A program made the position numbers and the translations under genes. DNA of 33,779 nt from a virus. Lineage: Duplodnaviria; Caudoviricetes. The DNA is taken from positions 1 to 33,779 of IMG/VR virus record IMGVR_UViG_3300032212_000105; one strand, 5' to 3'. Shown here in pieces: positions 18,391-27,306 of this stretch. Each line of letters begins with the position of its first letter. Position 1 is the stretch's first letter. The notes under the pieces are model-generated. The model worked only from the letters and a program-made list of their open reading frames with translations. It was not told where the DNA came from and searched no databases.

Positions 18391-20432
18391 ACTCTCTCCG
18401 CTACTTTAATTGCATTATCCAGCTGCTCGGTATCAACCTCTTGCAAGGTTTTTGATATATCGGCGCCGTACTTCTCAGCTTGTGCAAGCACTTGAATGCG
18501 TTTTGACTTGGCGTTCTCAGCATTGATAGCTGTATTAGCTTGATCATTCTGCGCGCTCATTACATCGGCCTGCCCTTTCATGAGTTCAGCCTTTGCTGCC
18601 ATAACCATTGGATTAGGCTGATTGGCTGCTGCCTGCTGCTTCTGCATCATGGCCATGTACTCTTGCTCATTCTCTGGTTGTCTTAGGCCTTGATCAAGCA
18701 TTTGCTGGCTAACCCATTTCTCTAGAGGAGTGTCTGTTGGAATATCCATCATATTAACTAAGGTTAGGGTTGCAACTTGACGCATTGGGTCATTAGGTGC
18801 AAGGCCGTTAATTAAGTCTCCCAGCTTGCGCTCCGCTTCCTGCTTCATATCTTGGAAGCGTGGCCCTATATCAGTGTAAACCTCTAAAGAAGCCTGAGAC
18901 ATATCATTTTCAACTGTCGGCATCCCGCGTCTATCAAAACCTTCCTTGTTAATCTCAATGTACTCTGTTGAGTCATCGTCCTTCATAATAATAACTTGGT
19001 CAGACTCATCATAAATCTCAGATGCAATGCTTAGCCAGATTTCACCATCTCGGCGCATAGCTGTGGATAAGTTGTCTTGATACATGAATGTCTGCATTTG
19101 GCTTTGAGCGTTAGCAAGTCTTAACTGACCCTCTGTAACGCCATCACTTAATGCGTTCTGGCCCACCAGTGGTGTAACCGTTACATCTTGTACGGCTTTC
19201 TCTGTCATTTGCAAGAATTGAGTCTCAGTCCCTGAAATGGTCGGTCCTTCCATATAACTGGTAATGCCTTGAGGTAATGGCTGGCCGTCATCAGTAAAGA
19301 AGTTCATTAGGTAATAAGGGTAATCGGCGTCTTGCTGGTAAAACATCTCATGACCTTTTATCTGTTCAGGAGATAAGATAGGCTTGCGTCTTGGCGTTCT
19401 GCCAACCTGATCAGCAATGAAAGAGAATGACATATTATGCAGTCGCTGAGGGTCTTTGGCTCGCCTTACCATGCCTTCCCACCACTCTTGACCTTCAATG
19501 AATCTCCAATCTCCAAATACCGGGACGATTGGGATATGCTTGCCTGCTATCTTAGTAGGACCATCTATAATACCTTGGCCGTCTAAAACGTACTTATAGA
19601 CCTCGCGCGTTTTAATTTCCTTCTTATCAACAACATCGAACCCAAAATCAGCCAGTTCAGCCAATCTTGCCTTCTGCCTAATTCCAACCGTTTCAACTTG
19701 GCCGGACGGATTGCGCAGGATAAATACCTTTTTCTTCTTTTCTTCTACCTCGTAATACTCACCAATATAGTGACGCTCTGCATGAGTCCATGGGAATACA
19801 CAAGAGGTTTCAGGTGTTTTAAATGTAGACGGGTTGCGCTCATCAGGGTCTAGGCCGTAATCACCAATAAGGTCTTTATAGCCTTCATCAGTGTACCAAG
19901 TCAGGATGCATCCCCATTTAGCGTCCGATTTATCCTTACGCTTTGCTTGTGAGTCAAAGAAAACAACGTTATTTGCCTCATGAATAGGCTTTCGAGTAAT
20001 AATCTGTTTGGTGATGGTATTGTCACCTTGGTTCTCATACTCAGTGGTTATACGCCACGCACCCAAGCCAGTACTTACTTGACAGTCAATACCAACATCT
20101 ACAGCCTCTTTCGCAGCATTGGTTCGCATAGATGCGCGATACATGCCTTGTAGAACTTCAGACAATTGCTTTTTATCTGGTGAGTTGTCAGATGGTCGAA
20201 ACTTAACAGACACCGGATTCGCTAACATCTCGCCCTTAACTTGTCTTAGCTGGCGAGTAATGATGTCAAACTGCCCTCGGTATTCATTATCCGAGTACTC
20301 TTCTAGTGTTTCATCCCATTGGTTAAAGTGCGCAAACATCCAATCATCAGCGCCGCGCTCTCTAGTGTCTTGAGTATTAACAAAAGACTTATCAACAGAA
20401 GCTTTTATTTGTACGTGCTTATCTTGCGACAT
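18387..20432 (-). CDS. Portal protein, P22 gp1-like
   Basis: 681 aa; YRGQFDII, DKSDAKW, IAGKHIPIVPVFG, GMVRRAKDPQRLHNM. Confidence 0.92.
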   Translation of the reverse strand: MSQDKHVQIKASVDKSFVNTQDTRERGADDWMFAHFNQWDETLEEYSDNEYRGQFDIITRQLRQVKGEMLANPVSVKFRPSDNSPDKKQLSEVLQGMYRASMRTNAAKEAVDVGIDCQVSTGLGAWRITTEYENQGDNTITKQIITRKPIHEANNVVFFDSQAKRKDKSDAKWGCILTWYTDEGYKDLIGDYGLDPDERNPSTFKTPETSCVFPWTHAERHYIGEYYEVEEKKKKVFILRNPSGQVETVGIRQKARLAELADFGFDVVDKKEIKTREVYKYVLDGQGIIDGPTKIAGKHIPIVPVFGDWRFIEGQEWWEGMVRRAKDPQRLHNMSFSFIADQVGRTPRRKPILSPEQIKGHEMFYQQDADYPYYLMNFFTDDGQPLPQGITSYMEGPTISGTETQFLQMTEKAVQDVTVTPLVGQNALSDGVTEGQLRLANAQSQMQTFMYQDNLSTAMRRDGEIWLSIASEIYDESDQVIIMKDDDSTEYIEINKEGFDRRGMPTVENDMSQASLEVYTDIGPRFQDMKQEAERKLGDLINGLAPNDPMRQVATLTLVNMMDIPTDTPLEKWVSQQMLDQGLRQPENEQEYMAMMQKQQAAANQPNPMVMAAKAELMKGQADVMSAQNDQANTAINAENAKSKRIQVLAQAEKYGADISKTLQEVDTEQLDNAIKVAERV

Positions 20433-22093
20433 TACCGCATCCTGTAGCTTTTAATTTTAGGAGGCATTATAGCCTGATTATTACTCATTCTAACATTGTT
20501 ACGCATTAACATCATTACACTATCTGCGAGGTTGGGAGAAGTCATTTTAAACTTATTTTTCATTTGTTCTTTTGTATAAAGCTCTATCAGGCCGTTAGCA
20601 TTTGGCTTAACTGGCATTCTACACAATTCAGCCCTTAGTTTTGGCAATGACTTAATATCAGAGCTAAAGCTTATCATCTTATCCATTGGGTACACCTCAC
20701 CCTTAACAACAGATAGATAGGTATTAAACATTCTATCTCTTAGCTCTTGATAGTATTGCGCCCTCTTGTTCTTAAAGCAGTCTTTATTTGTCTTGTTGTC
20801 TTTTGTCTCACCTGTGGGCATATAAATAGCATCAGGAAAATCTGGGCTTTCACTACCCTTATACATTGTAGTCGATATATTAAGCCCACTAAAAGAGTCT
20901 GTAGCCTGTCTAGCAAGACCAACCCCCATGCCGTCGCAATCCCATGTGTAATGATTAACACCCTGCTGAATAGCTAAACCATGCGCCCAGTCGCCACCCT
21001 CGTTTATACCGCCATCCGTCATCTCTTCAACCGAGTAAATAATGGAACCATGGCGCATTGCATAACCCTTAGAGTCTGGTCCCGTATCACTTGGATCATG
21101 AGCTGCAAACTTAGCCCCTTTAGCCCATTGTGATTCAGTGCCTATTTTCTTATGCGCATCAACACAAGCGTCAAACCATTCTGACAATATAAGGGCATTC
21201 TCAATCGAGTCATTAAAGTCACCCTCCCATATATGATCATACAAGGCTCTATCTAGATTCTCGTAATCCCATTTCCGCTCACCATCCAAGCCAGACATAT
21301 GATACCAAGGGTTATCCCTCCAATTAATATCAATGATTAGATGTATATCATCTTCATAAATACCATTAGCTCTTAATTCAGCATCAAATGGCGCTAAGAA
21401 CCTTTTTGAGAATGGATCCTCGCTAGATGCAGGGTTTACAACAAATACCATTGTTACTTGAGTTAGGTCTATTTCATTATCATCGATCTCTTCCATAGAC
21501 ATTGGCAAACCCTTCATAGGCTTATTACGTCCTGTCGGGGTTAGTATCTTAAGGGATTTCTCGGATATACTTTGAGCCTCTTCTATCCAGAAACCTTTGA
21601 AACCAAACGCTGATTTAACAGACTCAGGGTTTCTAGCTAGGCCAGCGAATGATGCCTCCGAGCCATTATCACACCTAATAGATTTCTCTGTATGGGAGAA
21701 GCCTTCCAACTCAATGCGTTTATACTCTTCAGTTAATAAGCTGTGTACAGAGTCAGCTATTGAATTCTGGTACTCCCTTAAGCAAAGCCAATTATTGCCA
21801 TTATCATGCATATCAATAGAAACATAATCACCAACACCAATTGATTTGCCTGAGCCTCGACCGCCTTTAAGAATAATAAAGCGCTTAGGTCTAGTGAACA
21901 TAGGCTCAAGCTTAATTGGAAAGTAGGCTTTTGGAGTTAAGTCCGTCTCTATGAAGATGCCATCAATTTGGATAAGCGTCTTTTCTAATGAGCCGTCGGG
22001 ATTAACAAAGCCAATAGGTGTGTTGGATAACGATGATCCGATACCAACCTGAGACTTAAGAGACTGTATCTCCTTTAGTAAAGGACTAGCCAT
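20432..22093 (-). CDS. terL: Terminase large subunit
   Basis: Walker A GGRGSGKS, Walker B FWIEEAQ, nuclease AHDPSD and SPNLADSVMM. Confidence 0.95.
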   Translation of the reverse strand: MASPLLKEIQSLKSQVGIGSSLSNTPIGFVNPDGSLEKTLIQIDGIFIETDLTPKAYFPIKLEPMFTRPKRFIILKGGRGSGKSIGVGDYVSIDMHDNGNNWLCLREYQNSIADSVHSLLTEEYKRIELEGFSHTEKSIRCDNGSEASFAGLARNPESVKSAFGFKGFWIEEAQSISEKSLKILTPTGRNKPMKGLPMSMEEIDDNEIDLTQVTMVFVVNPASSEDPFSKRFLAPFDAELRANGIYEDDIHLIIDINWRDNPWYHMSGLDGERKWDYENLDRALYDHIWEGDFNDSIENALILSEWFDACVDAHKKIGTESQWAKGAKFAAHDPSDTGPDSKGYAMRHGSIIYSVEEMTDGGINEGGDWAHGLAIQQGVNHYTWDCDGMGVGLARQATDSFSGLNISTTMYKGSESPDFPDAIYMPTGETKDNKTNKDCFKNKRAQYYQELRDRMFNTYLSVVKGEVYPMDKMISFSSDIKSLPKLRAELCRMPVKPNANGLIELYTKEQMKNKFKMTSPNLADSVMMLMRNNVRMSNNQAIMPPKIKSYRMR

Positions 22094-22562
22094 TCTGAGA
22101 GGCTATCATTTCTTTTAGCTGCTCAAGCTCTTTCTTGATAACCGTAAGCTCATCAATCTTAAGCATCTTTGAAATCGAGTCTATGAACATGTTAGCAACA
22201 TCAGGAGAGATCATACCTTGAGATGCAGCCTGAAGAACTTGGGCTGCTTGCTTATCTGGCGTGGCGTCGGCATTAAAAGTAAACTCAACCCGCTCCATTG
22301 TTGGCTTAACACTTGACCAGCCTTTGTCTGCTAAAACCTTTAGCATTTGTCCAGAGTCTTTGTCATCAATATTAAAAGCTCTCTTTGCTATATGAGAAAA
22401 GAAAGCCTCTTCCGCTTGATCCTTTGTAGGCTCACCAGTAAGTCCTGCTAGCTCTTTTACCGATTCGCTACGAATAGCGTTAAGTATTCTTGTTTTGTTG
22501 CTCTTGCCTCTTGGAGGTAGGTTGTCCCCAGCTTTAAGAGTAGTTTGATTGGCTTTGCCCAT
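22086..22562 (-). CDS. terS: Terminase small subunit
   Basis: Overlaps terL start; 158 aa; basic N-terminus. Confidence 0.65.
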   Translation of the reverse strand: MGKANQTTLKAGDNLPPRGKSNKTRILNAIRSESVKELAGLTGEPTKDQAEEAFFSHIAKRAFNIDDKDSGQMLKVLADKGWSSVKPTMERVEFTFNADATPDKQAAQVLQAASQGMISPDVANMFIDSISKMLKIDELTVIKKELEQLKEMIASQNG

Positions 22563-22602
22563 AAATGCCTTATTCCCGCCTTATTTTGCATTAATTATAC
22601 AC

Positions 22603-22627
22603 AAAAAAAGCCCTTTTACAGAGCTTT
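22603..22627 (-). terminator. Intrinsic terminator before packaging genes
   Basis: AAAGCTC-TGTAAAA-GGGCTTTTTTT, followed by TATAAT at 22594-22599. Confidence 0.6.
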
Positions 22628-22647
22628 GTAGTATTTATACTTACTGC

Positions 22648-22851
22648 CTAATGACTGATAAACCAGCCTAATCTATTTTGAATATCTAGTCTTATTTCTA
22701 GAATCTCTTTTACAGCGTTCTCAATAAGGCCTAGCTGAATCAAGTCAGACTCTAATACATTAAGACTTATTAAGGTTGCTTTCAATTGCAACTCATCAGC
22801 CGGACTATCTATAACTTCCCGTATCTCTGATAGCAGGTCGTAATGATCCAT
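22648..22851 (-). CDS. Hypothetical protein
   Basis: Coupled ORF. Confidence 0.65.
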   Translation of the reverse strand: MDHYDLLSEIREVIDSPADELQLKATLISLNVLESDLIQLGLIENAVKEILEIRLDIQNRLGWFISH

Positions 22852-23019
22852 TTAAGCCTTCTTATCTCTTCGATTCTTATCGAATGCAACATAGGCATGA
22901 ACACAAGCGCATGCAACAAATGCTATTTGTGACCAGTTATCACTAATGAATCCACCAGCGGCTAATAGCCAGTATATTGACTGGTCATTTACTATTTGTG
23001 CTTTTGTATCTGGCAACAT
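22852..23019 (-). CDS. Small membrane protein, holin-like (55 aa, not in ORF track)
   Basis: MLPDTKAQIVNDQSIYWLLAAGGFISDNWSQIAFVACACVHAYVAFDKNRRDKKA*; hydrophobic core, basic tail. Confidence 0.6.
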   Translation of the reverse strand: MLPDTKAQIVNDQSIYWLLAAGGFISDNWSQIAFVACACVHAYVAFDKNRRDKKA

Positions 23020-23021
23020 GA

Positions 23022-23477
23022 CTAATTATGGCCTTTATTGTGAAGGTTCCGGCTAATAGCGTGAACAATAGACCTATAGCTATCTGTAAAATCTCGTATA
23101 AGTCCATTTAATAATCCTTTGCCGCCATCCATTAATAAAAGTGCAATAGTTAAGCCCCAGCCTAGGTATCCTGTTATTACGCTGGTAGCCGATAGCTCAT
23201 TATACATTTGTATTAGGTCAACGATACACGCAATAGTGGCTAATATGGCCACTGTTATGGATAGATTGCATTTTTTAATGTGATTATATGAGGCTGCTAT
23301 AATAGCGAGCATGGCGTTAAGTATGCAAAAGTAGAAGTAGTTTTCTTTTAAAGTAAAACCCTGAATAACCACCAGCCACGCTAGAGCCATAATAGAAAAC
23401 GATACTACAGCCATATCCTTACGAGTAAATAAAGCGATAATCCCAACCGCTATAATATTAAGCTGCCAGACCTCCAT
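23022..23477 (-). CDS. Polytopic membrane protein
   Basis: About 4-5 hydrophobic segments; GGAG RBS. Confidence 0.75.
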   Translation of the reverse strand: MEVWQLNIIAVGIIALFTRKDMAVVSFSIMALAWLVVIQGFTLKENYFYFCILNAMLAIIAASYNHIKKCNLSITVAILATIACIVDLIQMYNELSATSVITGYLGWGLTIALLLMDGGKGLLNGLIRDFTDSYRSIVHAISRNLHNKGHN

Positions 23478-23479
23478 GA

Positions 23480-23581
23480 TTAACTCCGTTTCTTTTTCTT
23501 CTTTGTTACAGATGGATAGCTAGCGCCTGCTACTTTAGGGGCCTTCTTAATTGATTTCTTGCGAGGTTTTGTTACAGCCAT
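23480..23581 (-). CDS. Lys-rich peptide (33 aa, not in ORF track)
   Basis: MAVTKPRKKSIKKAPKVAGASYPSVTKKKKKRS*; stop abuts next start. Confidence 0.45.
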   Translation of the reverse strand: MAVTKPRKKSIKKAPKVAGASYPSVTKKKKKRS

Positions 23582-23750
23582 TATTAAATGCCTTTGATTG
23601 TTTTGCGCATTGTAGCACATCTAATTCAATTATCTTATCCTCGTAAACTGAGTTTAAGCTTGTGTATATCATATCATAAGCCGCTTTGTTCATTTTATTA
23701 GAATCTTCTACCAGCTTGTGATATGCCTCTGTGAAGCAGTTAAGGTTCAT
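23547..23750 (-). CDS. Hypothetical protein
   Basis: Coupled ORF. Confidence 0.55.
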   Translation of the reverse strand: MNLNCFTEAYHKLVEDSNKMNKAAYDMIYTSLNSVYEDKIIELDVLQCAKQSKAFNNGCNKTSQEIN

Positions 23751-23991
23751 TTCTATCCCCTAAAATGTGTTGCGAGACTTCTTCTTTCTTAGCGCCCGCA
23801 TCAATCTGCGTTTCTTCTTTTCCGCTTTTGCTTGCTGCTTCTTTTTCGTCATATTTTATCACCTTAACACATTTGAATATCTCACTACGGACATAGAATG
23901 CACCTAGCTTTTTGCATTCATCTGCTATCGCCAAATGGGCACAAACCCAGCCAGCGTACATACCAACTACAAGAGACACTATCGATTCCAT
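23740..23991 (-). CDS. Hypothetical protein with hydrophobic N-terminus
   Basis: GWVCAHLAIADECKKLGAFYV. Confidence 0.7.
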   Translation of the reverse strand: MESIVSLVVGMYAGWVCAHLAIADECKKLGAFYVRSEIFKCVKVIKYDEKEAASKSGKEETQIDAGAKKEEVSQHILGDRNEP

Positions 23992-24188
23992 CTATTATCC
24001 CCCCACCGGATAAAAAGACTAATAAGAGCGTAAATAAAGAATACAAGAATAATGACTAGACCCATAGATTGGTCATTACTTGTGATTATGTCAGGGTTGA
24101 CCCTGCACTCCTCAGTTCTGCAATCCTTGCCTTTATGTGAGAGCTTTGAAAGCTCGCTACCACCAGCTGCAATAATCACAATACTCAC
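23979..24188 (-). CDS. Hypothetical membrane protein
   Basis: C-terminal hydrophobic segment. Confidence 0.6.
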   Translation of the reverse strand: MSIVIIAAGGSELSKLSHKGKDCRTEECRVNPDIITSNDQSMGLVIILVFFIYALISLFIRWGDNRWNR

Positions 24189-24502
24189 AATCCCATCTCC
24201 TCTAATTTAATCATGACCAGTGCTTCGGATATTGCGCGTAGTGGGTTCTTTCTTTGCACTGTGTCGATAGCCTCTGAATTCACATACCCACAATCACTAA
24301 AGAACCCTACGACTAATTCATTCTCAAACGCCAATGGCATGGTTAGGTTGTAATCTGTTAGATAGTTGTAAATTTTCCCAGAAAAAACACCGTAAATCAT
24401 TCCGTCAGGGTCTTGTGATATGTAATCCCCTGACTGGTACAGCCAAATCATAGCGCGGTTAAGCTCTGTATCTGTTAGCCCTGATACGTTTATTTTATTC
24501 AT
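24185..24502 (-). CDS. NinX/DUF2591-like protein (likely start MNKINVS at 24502)
   Basis: LTDTELNRAM..NYLTDYNLTMPL..NPLRAISEALV. Confidence 0.65.
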   Translation of the reverse strand: MNKINVSGLTDTELNRAMIWLYQSGDYISQDPDGMIYGVFSGKIYNYLTDYNLTMPLAFENELVVGFFSDCGYVNSEAIDTVQRKNPLRAISEALVMIKLEEMGL

Positions 24503-25046
24503 TGCCAGTGCCCGGTGCTTTAAAGTTTGCCTGAAACATATCGTCAAACAAATCTCTCAGGTTCTGGTCTTCTGGGTCGCCATTTGTCGCCTTCATGGCC
24601 TTCTCAATAAACACATCGCGCTCGGATTTGATAGGGCGGTATCCATTAAAATGCTTGTCCGTCCATATTTTACCTTCAGCACTAAATACATTGCTTCCCA
24701 TATCATCAATACCAACATAGAAACATTTTAACCATCCCTCATTAGCGCTCTTATACTCACACCACTCACCAACCTTCGGCATATATTGCGCGGGTTCTGT
24801 TGGGCGCTTGCAATGCAATACCCAGCCCACAGTCTCATCAAGCCACAAGCACTCTTCATCCGCCTCACTTGTTGCCCCTCCCTGCCCTGCAAACTCAAAC
24901 CCGCCTAAAAACTCTTTACCACCATTCCATTTAGGGGCAGTGGTGTAGCAATAATCATAATCATTGCTCACATTCTCTTTCCACCACTGTGGGTCTTTTA
25001 ATTGCTGCTCTGTTGGCTCTGATACGTTTATTTTATTCATCCCCAA
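24495..25046 (-). CDS. Modular hypothetical protein, paralog of 25033..25497
   Basis: Shares RPTEPAQYMPxVGEWCE and RPIKSERDVFIExAMK. Confidence 0.75.
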   Translation of the reverse strand: MGMNKINVSEPTEQQLKDPQWWKENVSNDYDYCYTTAPKWNGGKEFLGGFEFAGQGGATSEADEECLWLDETVGWVLHCKRPTEPAQYMPKVGEWCEYKSANEGWLKCFYVGIDDMGSNVFSAEGKIWTDKHFNGYRPIKSERDVFIEKAMKATNGDPEDQNLRDLFDDMFQANFKAPGTGNE

Positions 25047-25497
25047 ACCTCGCGCCGTTGTCGTATAAAACCCCCATGAAATTAGGCAGGTGCATTTTGT
25101 CTTTCATCTCTCCGGTTTTCATAGCCCGCTCAATAAACACATCACGCTCGGATTTAATAGGGCGTAGATTTACACCAACACTAAATACATCTTCATGTCC
25201 ACCCACCTCTAGAACCATAATACTCTTACCCTTATATTCTAGTCGCGCCTTCTTCCAACCCCCTCCGAATATCTCAACCTCGCACCACTCACCAACCTCT
25301 GGCATATATTGCGCGGGTTCTGTTGGGCGTTCGATTACTTCAAACGAGCTTTCCCAATACGCACCGATGGTTTGCGGTTCATCCTCCATCACCCAATAGT
25401 CATTCTTAAAACTATACTCATCCTCGCCTACCCACTTTGTGTATATACCCTCAATCTTATGCGTAGCGCCTTCTGGCCATTGTTCTTTATTTGTCAT
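25033..25497 (-). CDS. Modular hypothetical protein
   Basis: WPEGATH N-terminal motif plus PxVGEWCE module. Confidence 0.75.
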   Translation of the reverse strand: MTNKEQWPEGATHKIEGIYTKWVGEDEYSFKNDYWVMEDEPQTIGAYWESSFEVIERPTEPAQYMPEVGEWCEVEIFGGGWKKARLEYKGKSIMVLEVGGHEDVFSVGVNLRPIKSERDVFIERAMKTGEMKDKMHLPNFMGVLYDNGARFGDE

Positions 25498-25518
25498 TTC
25501 TCTTTCTCGCTGTTTTAG

Positions 25519-25569
25519 TTATAACACGTTAATGACAGGGACGTGCCGCCCTGTATTGTGTTGTTATTT
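25519..25569 (+). mobile_element. attC-like site B1 (51 bp)
   Basis: TTATAAC-ACGTT-AAT[G]ACAGGG[A]CG-TGC-CG-CCCTGT-ATT-GTGTT-GTTATTT. Confidence 0.9.
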
Positions 25570-25725
25570 ACTGTCCGCCAAAAAAACAACCTCCGTTTTA
25601 CTCCCGTTTTTGTTTTCTATAATACGTGAATCTATTGGTGTAAACTTACGCCTTTGAGCGCAGTCAGTGGGCTTATACTTGTATCCACATTCTTTTTCAA
25701 CATCACAAAACATACAGTCGCTCAT
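25564..25725 (-). CDS. Small Cys-containing protein, cassette cargo (likely start MSDCMFC)
   Basis: CxxC...C...C pattern; the longer ORF-track start lies inside site B2. Confidence 0.65.
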   Translation of the reverse strand: MSDCMFCDVEKECGYKYKPTDCAQRRKFTPIDSRIIENKNGSKTEVVFLADSK

Positions 25726-25793
25726 ATCGTTTCCATAAATAACAAATAATTCAAAGTTGACGCTCGTTAAACTCACACCCTTTAATAACTGGG
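25564..25793. mobile_element. Integron-type gene cassette 3
   Basis: Ends GTTATTTA (25563-25570) and TAAATAAC (25736-25743) are complementary. Confidence 0.75.
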
Positions 25794-25799
25794 TTATAT
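25737..25799 (+). mobile_element. attC-like site B2 (63 bp)
   Basis: AAATAAC-AAATA-ATT[C]AAAG...CTTT-AAT-AACTGG-GTTATAT. Confidence 0.8.
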
Positions 25800-26048
25800 T
25801 TCTTTAAATTCCTGCTCTATTTCAGTTAATCGTAGCTTTAGTGCATTCATTGAAACCAATCGAAAGCCATCAAACACTTCAACGGGAATATTTGTTTTTA
25901 ACTCTGTTGCATGGTTGTTGTTCCACCCTTGCAGATACCCTAATTTAGAGGGTTTAGTTAATTCTCTTTCCCATACTTCAAGCTCTTTGCTTATATTGAA
26001 CTTTTCATTTTTTAGCTGTGTTGCGCGTTTAAACTGTTCGTCATTCAT
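25794..26048 (-). CDS. Hypothetical coiled-coil protein, cassette cargo
   Basis: GAGG RBS directly after site B3; stop lies in core site. Confidence 0.8.
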   Translation of the reverse strand: MNDEQFKRATQLKNEKFNISKELEVWERELTKPSKLGYLQGWNNNHATELKTNIPVEVFDGFRLVSMNALKLRLTEIEQEFKEI

Positions 26049-26105
26049 ATAAAGACCCTCAAATATAACAAAGCAATCATGCGGATAAACCGCATATTGC
26101 AGCGG
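25794..26105. mobile_element. Integron-type gene cassette 4
   Basis: Ends GTTATATTT (25793-25801) and AAATATAAC (26061-26069) are complementary over 9 nt. Confidence 0.8.
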
Positions 26106-26111
26106 TTATTC
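26063..26111 (+). mobile_element. attC-like site B3 (49 bp)
   Basis: ATATAAC-AAAGC-AAT[C]ATGCGG-ATAAA-CCGCAT-ATT-GCAGCG-GTTATTC. Confidence 0.85.
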
Positions 26112-26333
26112 AACCCGCCAAACACGGACGCCGTTTTCTACTTTGCGACCCTCAAACTTCATGCCATGAGTCGCGCCATAGCTTTGTGCTGCTGCGTACA
26201 TTGTGCTTTTAGCTGTGCTTTTAGCGCCTTTATCTAACTTGCTATCCCCAGATTCCATGCTCTCAAAACCATACACAGACGGTCTGCCGCGTTTCGGCTC
26301 TGGCATATCTACATTTTTTTCAATATCGTACAT
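26106..26333 (-). CDS. Small phage protein, possibly DNA-binding
   Basis: KRGRPSVYGFESMESGDS...GVRVWRVE motif. Confidence 0.75.
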   Translation of the reverse strand: MYDIEKNVDMPEPKRGRPSVYGFESMESGDSKLDKGAKSTAKSTMYAAAQSYGATHGMKFEGRKVENGVRVWRVE

Positions 26334-26360
26334 TTCAACCTCGTTTTAATTTATTATTTA

Positions 26361-26389
26361 ATATTATATTAATTTATTCAGTCGATCAA
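26361..26389 (-). promoter_or_regulatory. Sigma70-like promoter reading into cassette array 2
   Basis: TTGATC-17 nt-TAATAT. Confidence 0.6.
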
Positions 26390-26737
26390 ATCTATTTTAA
26401 GCTGAATATTGCCGCCTTTTGTCTTTTCGCCTTTCTTGATGATTAGCGAGTACACCTGCTCATCATCAAGCCAAAAACCAGCATGGCTAAGCGCATCAAA
26501 AGGGGCTTTGCAGAAATTGTCTATGTCGTACTTTCTAAGTGTTGGCGGGTTAATTACCATTGATACGGATAGCTTCGACTTTATTTCTTCCTCATAAAGC
26601 CCTATTTCTCTTAAGTGGTTAATAGCCTGATCCCTGTAAAGTCTGCCCTTCTTGCTTAGAATCTTTCTACCCCTAAACACCGCCCACATAGTATTAAGTG
26701 TTGGCGGGTATGGCATACTAAAATCATAATCAGCCAT
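26378..26737 (-). CDS. rusA: RusA-like Holliday junction resolvase (likely start MADYDF)
   Basis: PYPPTLN, DIDNFCKAPFDAL, WLDDEQV. Confidence 0.88.
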   Translation of the reverse strand: MADYDFSMPYPPTLNTMWAVFRGRKILSKKGRLYRDQAINHLREIGLYEEEIKSKLSVSMVINPPTLRKYDIDNFCKAPFDALSHAGFWLDDEQVYSLIIKKGEKTKGGNIQLKIDLID

Positions 26738-27074
26738 TTTGCCAGCTCTTTCCCCATGAGATAATAGACATCCAAACCGAATCAGGCGCATTCTCGCCAC
26801 CGTATTTAGACATTAGTTCGCACCAAGCTCCGGCATAATCCCCAAGCTTTTTACCTTCAATTGTTTTCTTATGGTCGCAAATTTCACAATCAGGCAACAC
26901 AAACCAATGGCCAATAAGCGTCTTATTGTGACGAAAAGTGGCACCTTTTACATGATCCACTATTGACCCTGACTCGCTATGACACCAGCAGCAAGGCTGT
27001 TGTTTAACCCAACCCTGAAACGCCTTTTCTGCTGCGTTTGGACCTCTCGTGTTTTTAGTTGCTCGCCTTTGCAT
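26730..27074 (-). CDS. Zn-binding DUF968/HNH-like nin-region protein
   Basis: WVKQQPCCWC..DHV..VLPDCEICD. Confidence 0.6.
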   Translation of the reverse strand: MQRRATKNTRGPNAAEKAFQGWVKQQPCCWCHSESGSIVDHVKGATFRHNKTLIGHWFVLPDCEICDHKKTIEGKKLGDYAGAWCELMSKYGGENAPDSVWMSIISWGKSWQNG

Positions 27075-27306
27075 CTCTCAACCCCAAATAAATATCATTA
27101 AGCCATTTATTGGCCGTTTCTCTATCCTGAGATAGATAAAGCCTTTCGTAATTCTCAGCCACTTCTGCCTGCCGCCCTTTTGGTACTTTCGACATTCTCG
27201 ATAGAATCCAGTTTCTATCTGAACGCCCTTTTTTATACTGATAAAAACGCGGATAGATAATGCCCATGTGCTGATTATACGGCTTTATTCGTCTTTGCTT
27301 GGCCAT
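27055..27306 (-). CDS. Hypothetical protein
   Basis: Coupled ORF. Confidence 0.7.
   Translation of the reverse strand: MAKQRRIKPYNQHMGIIYPRFYQYKKGRSDRNWILSRMSKVPKGRQAEVAENYERLYLSQDRETANKWLNDIYLGLRDAKASN

Noticed and set aside
22567-22585. GCCTTATT direct repeat upstream of terS as a pac or regulatory site
   Set aside because: Only two 8-mers with no independent support.
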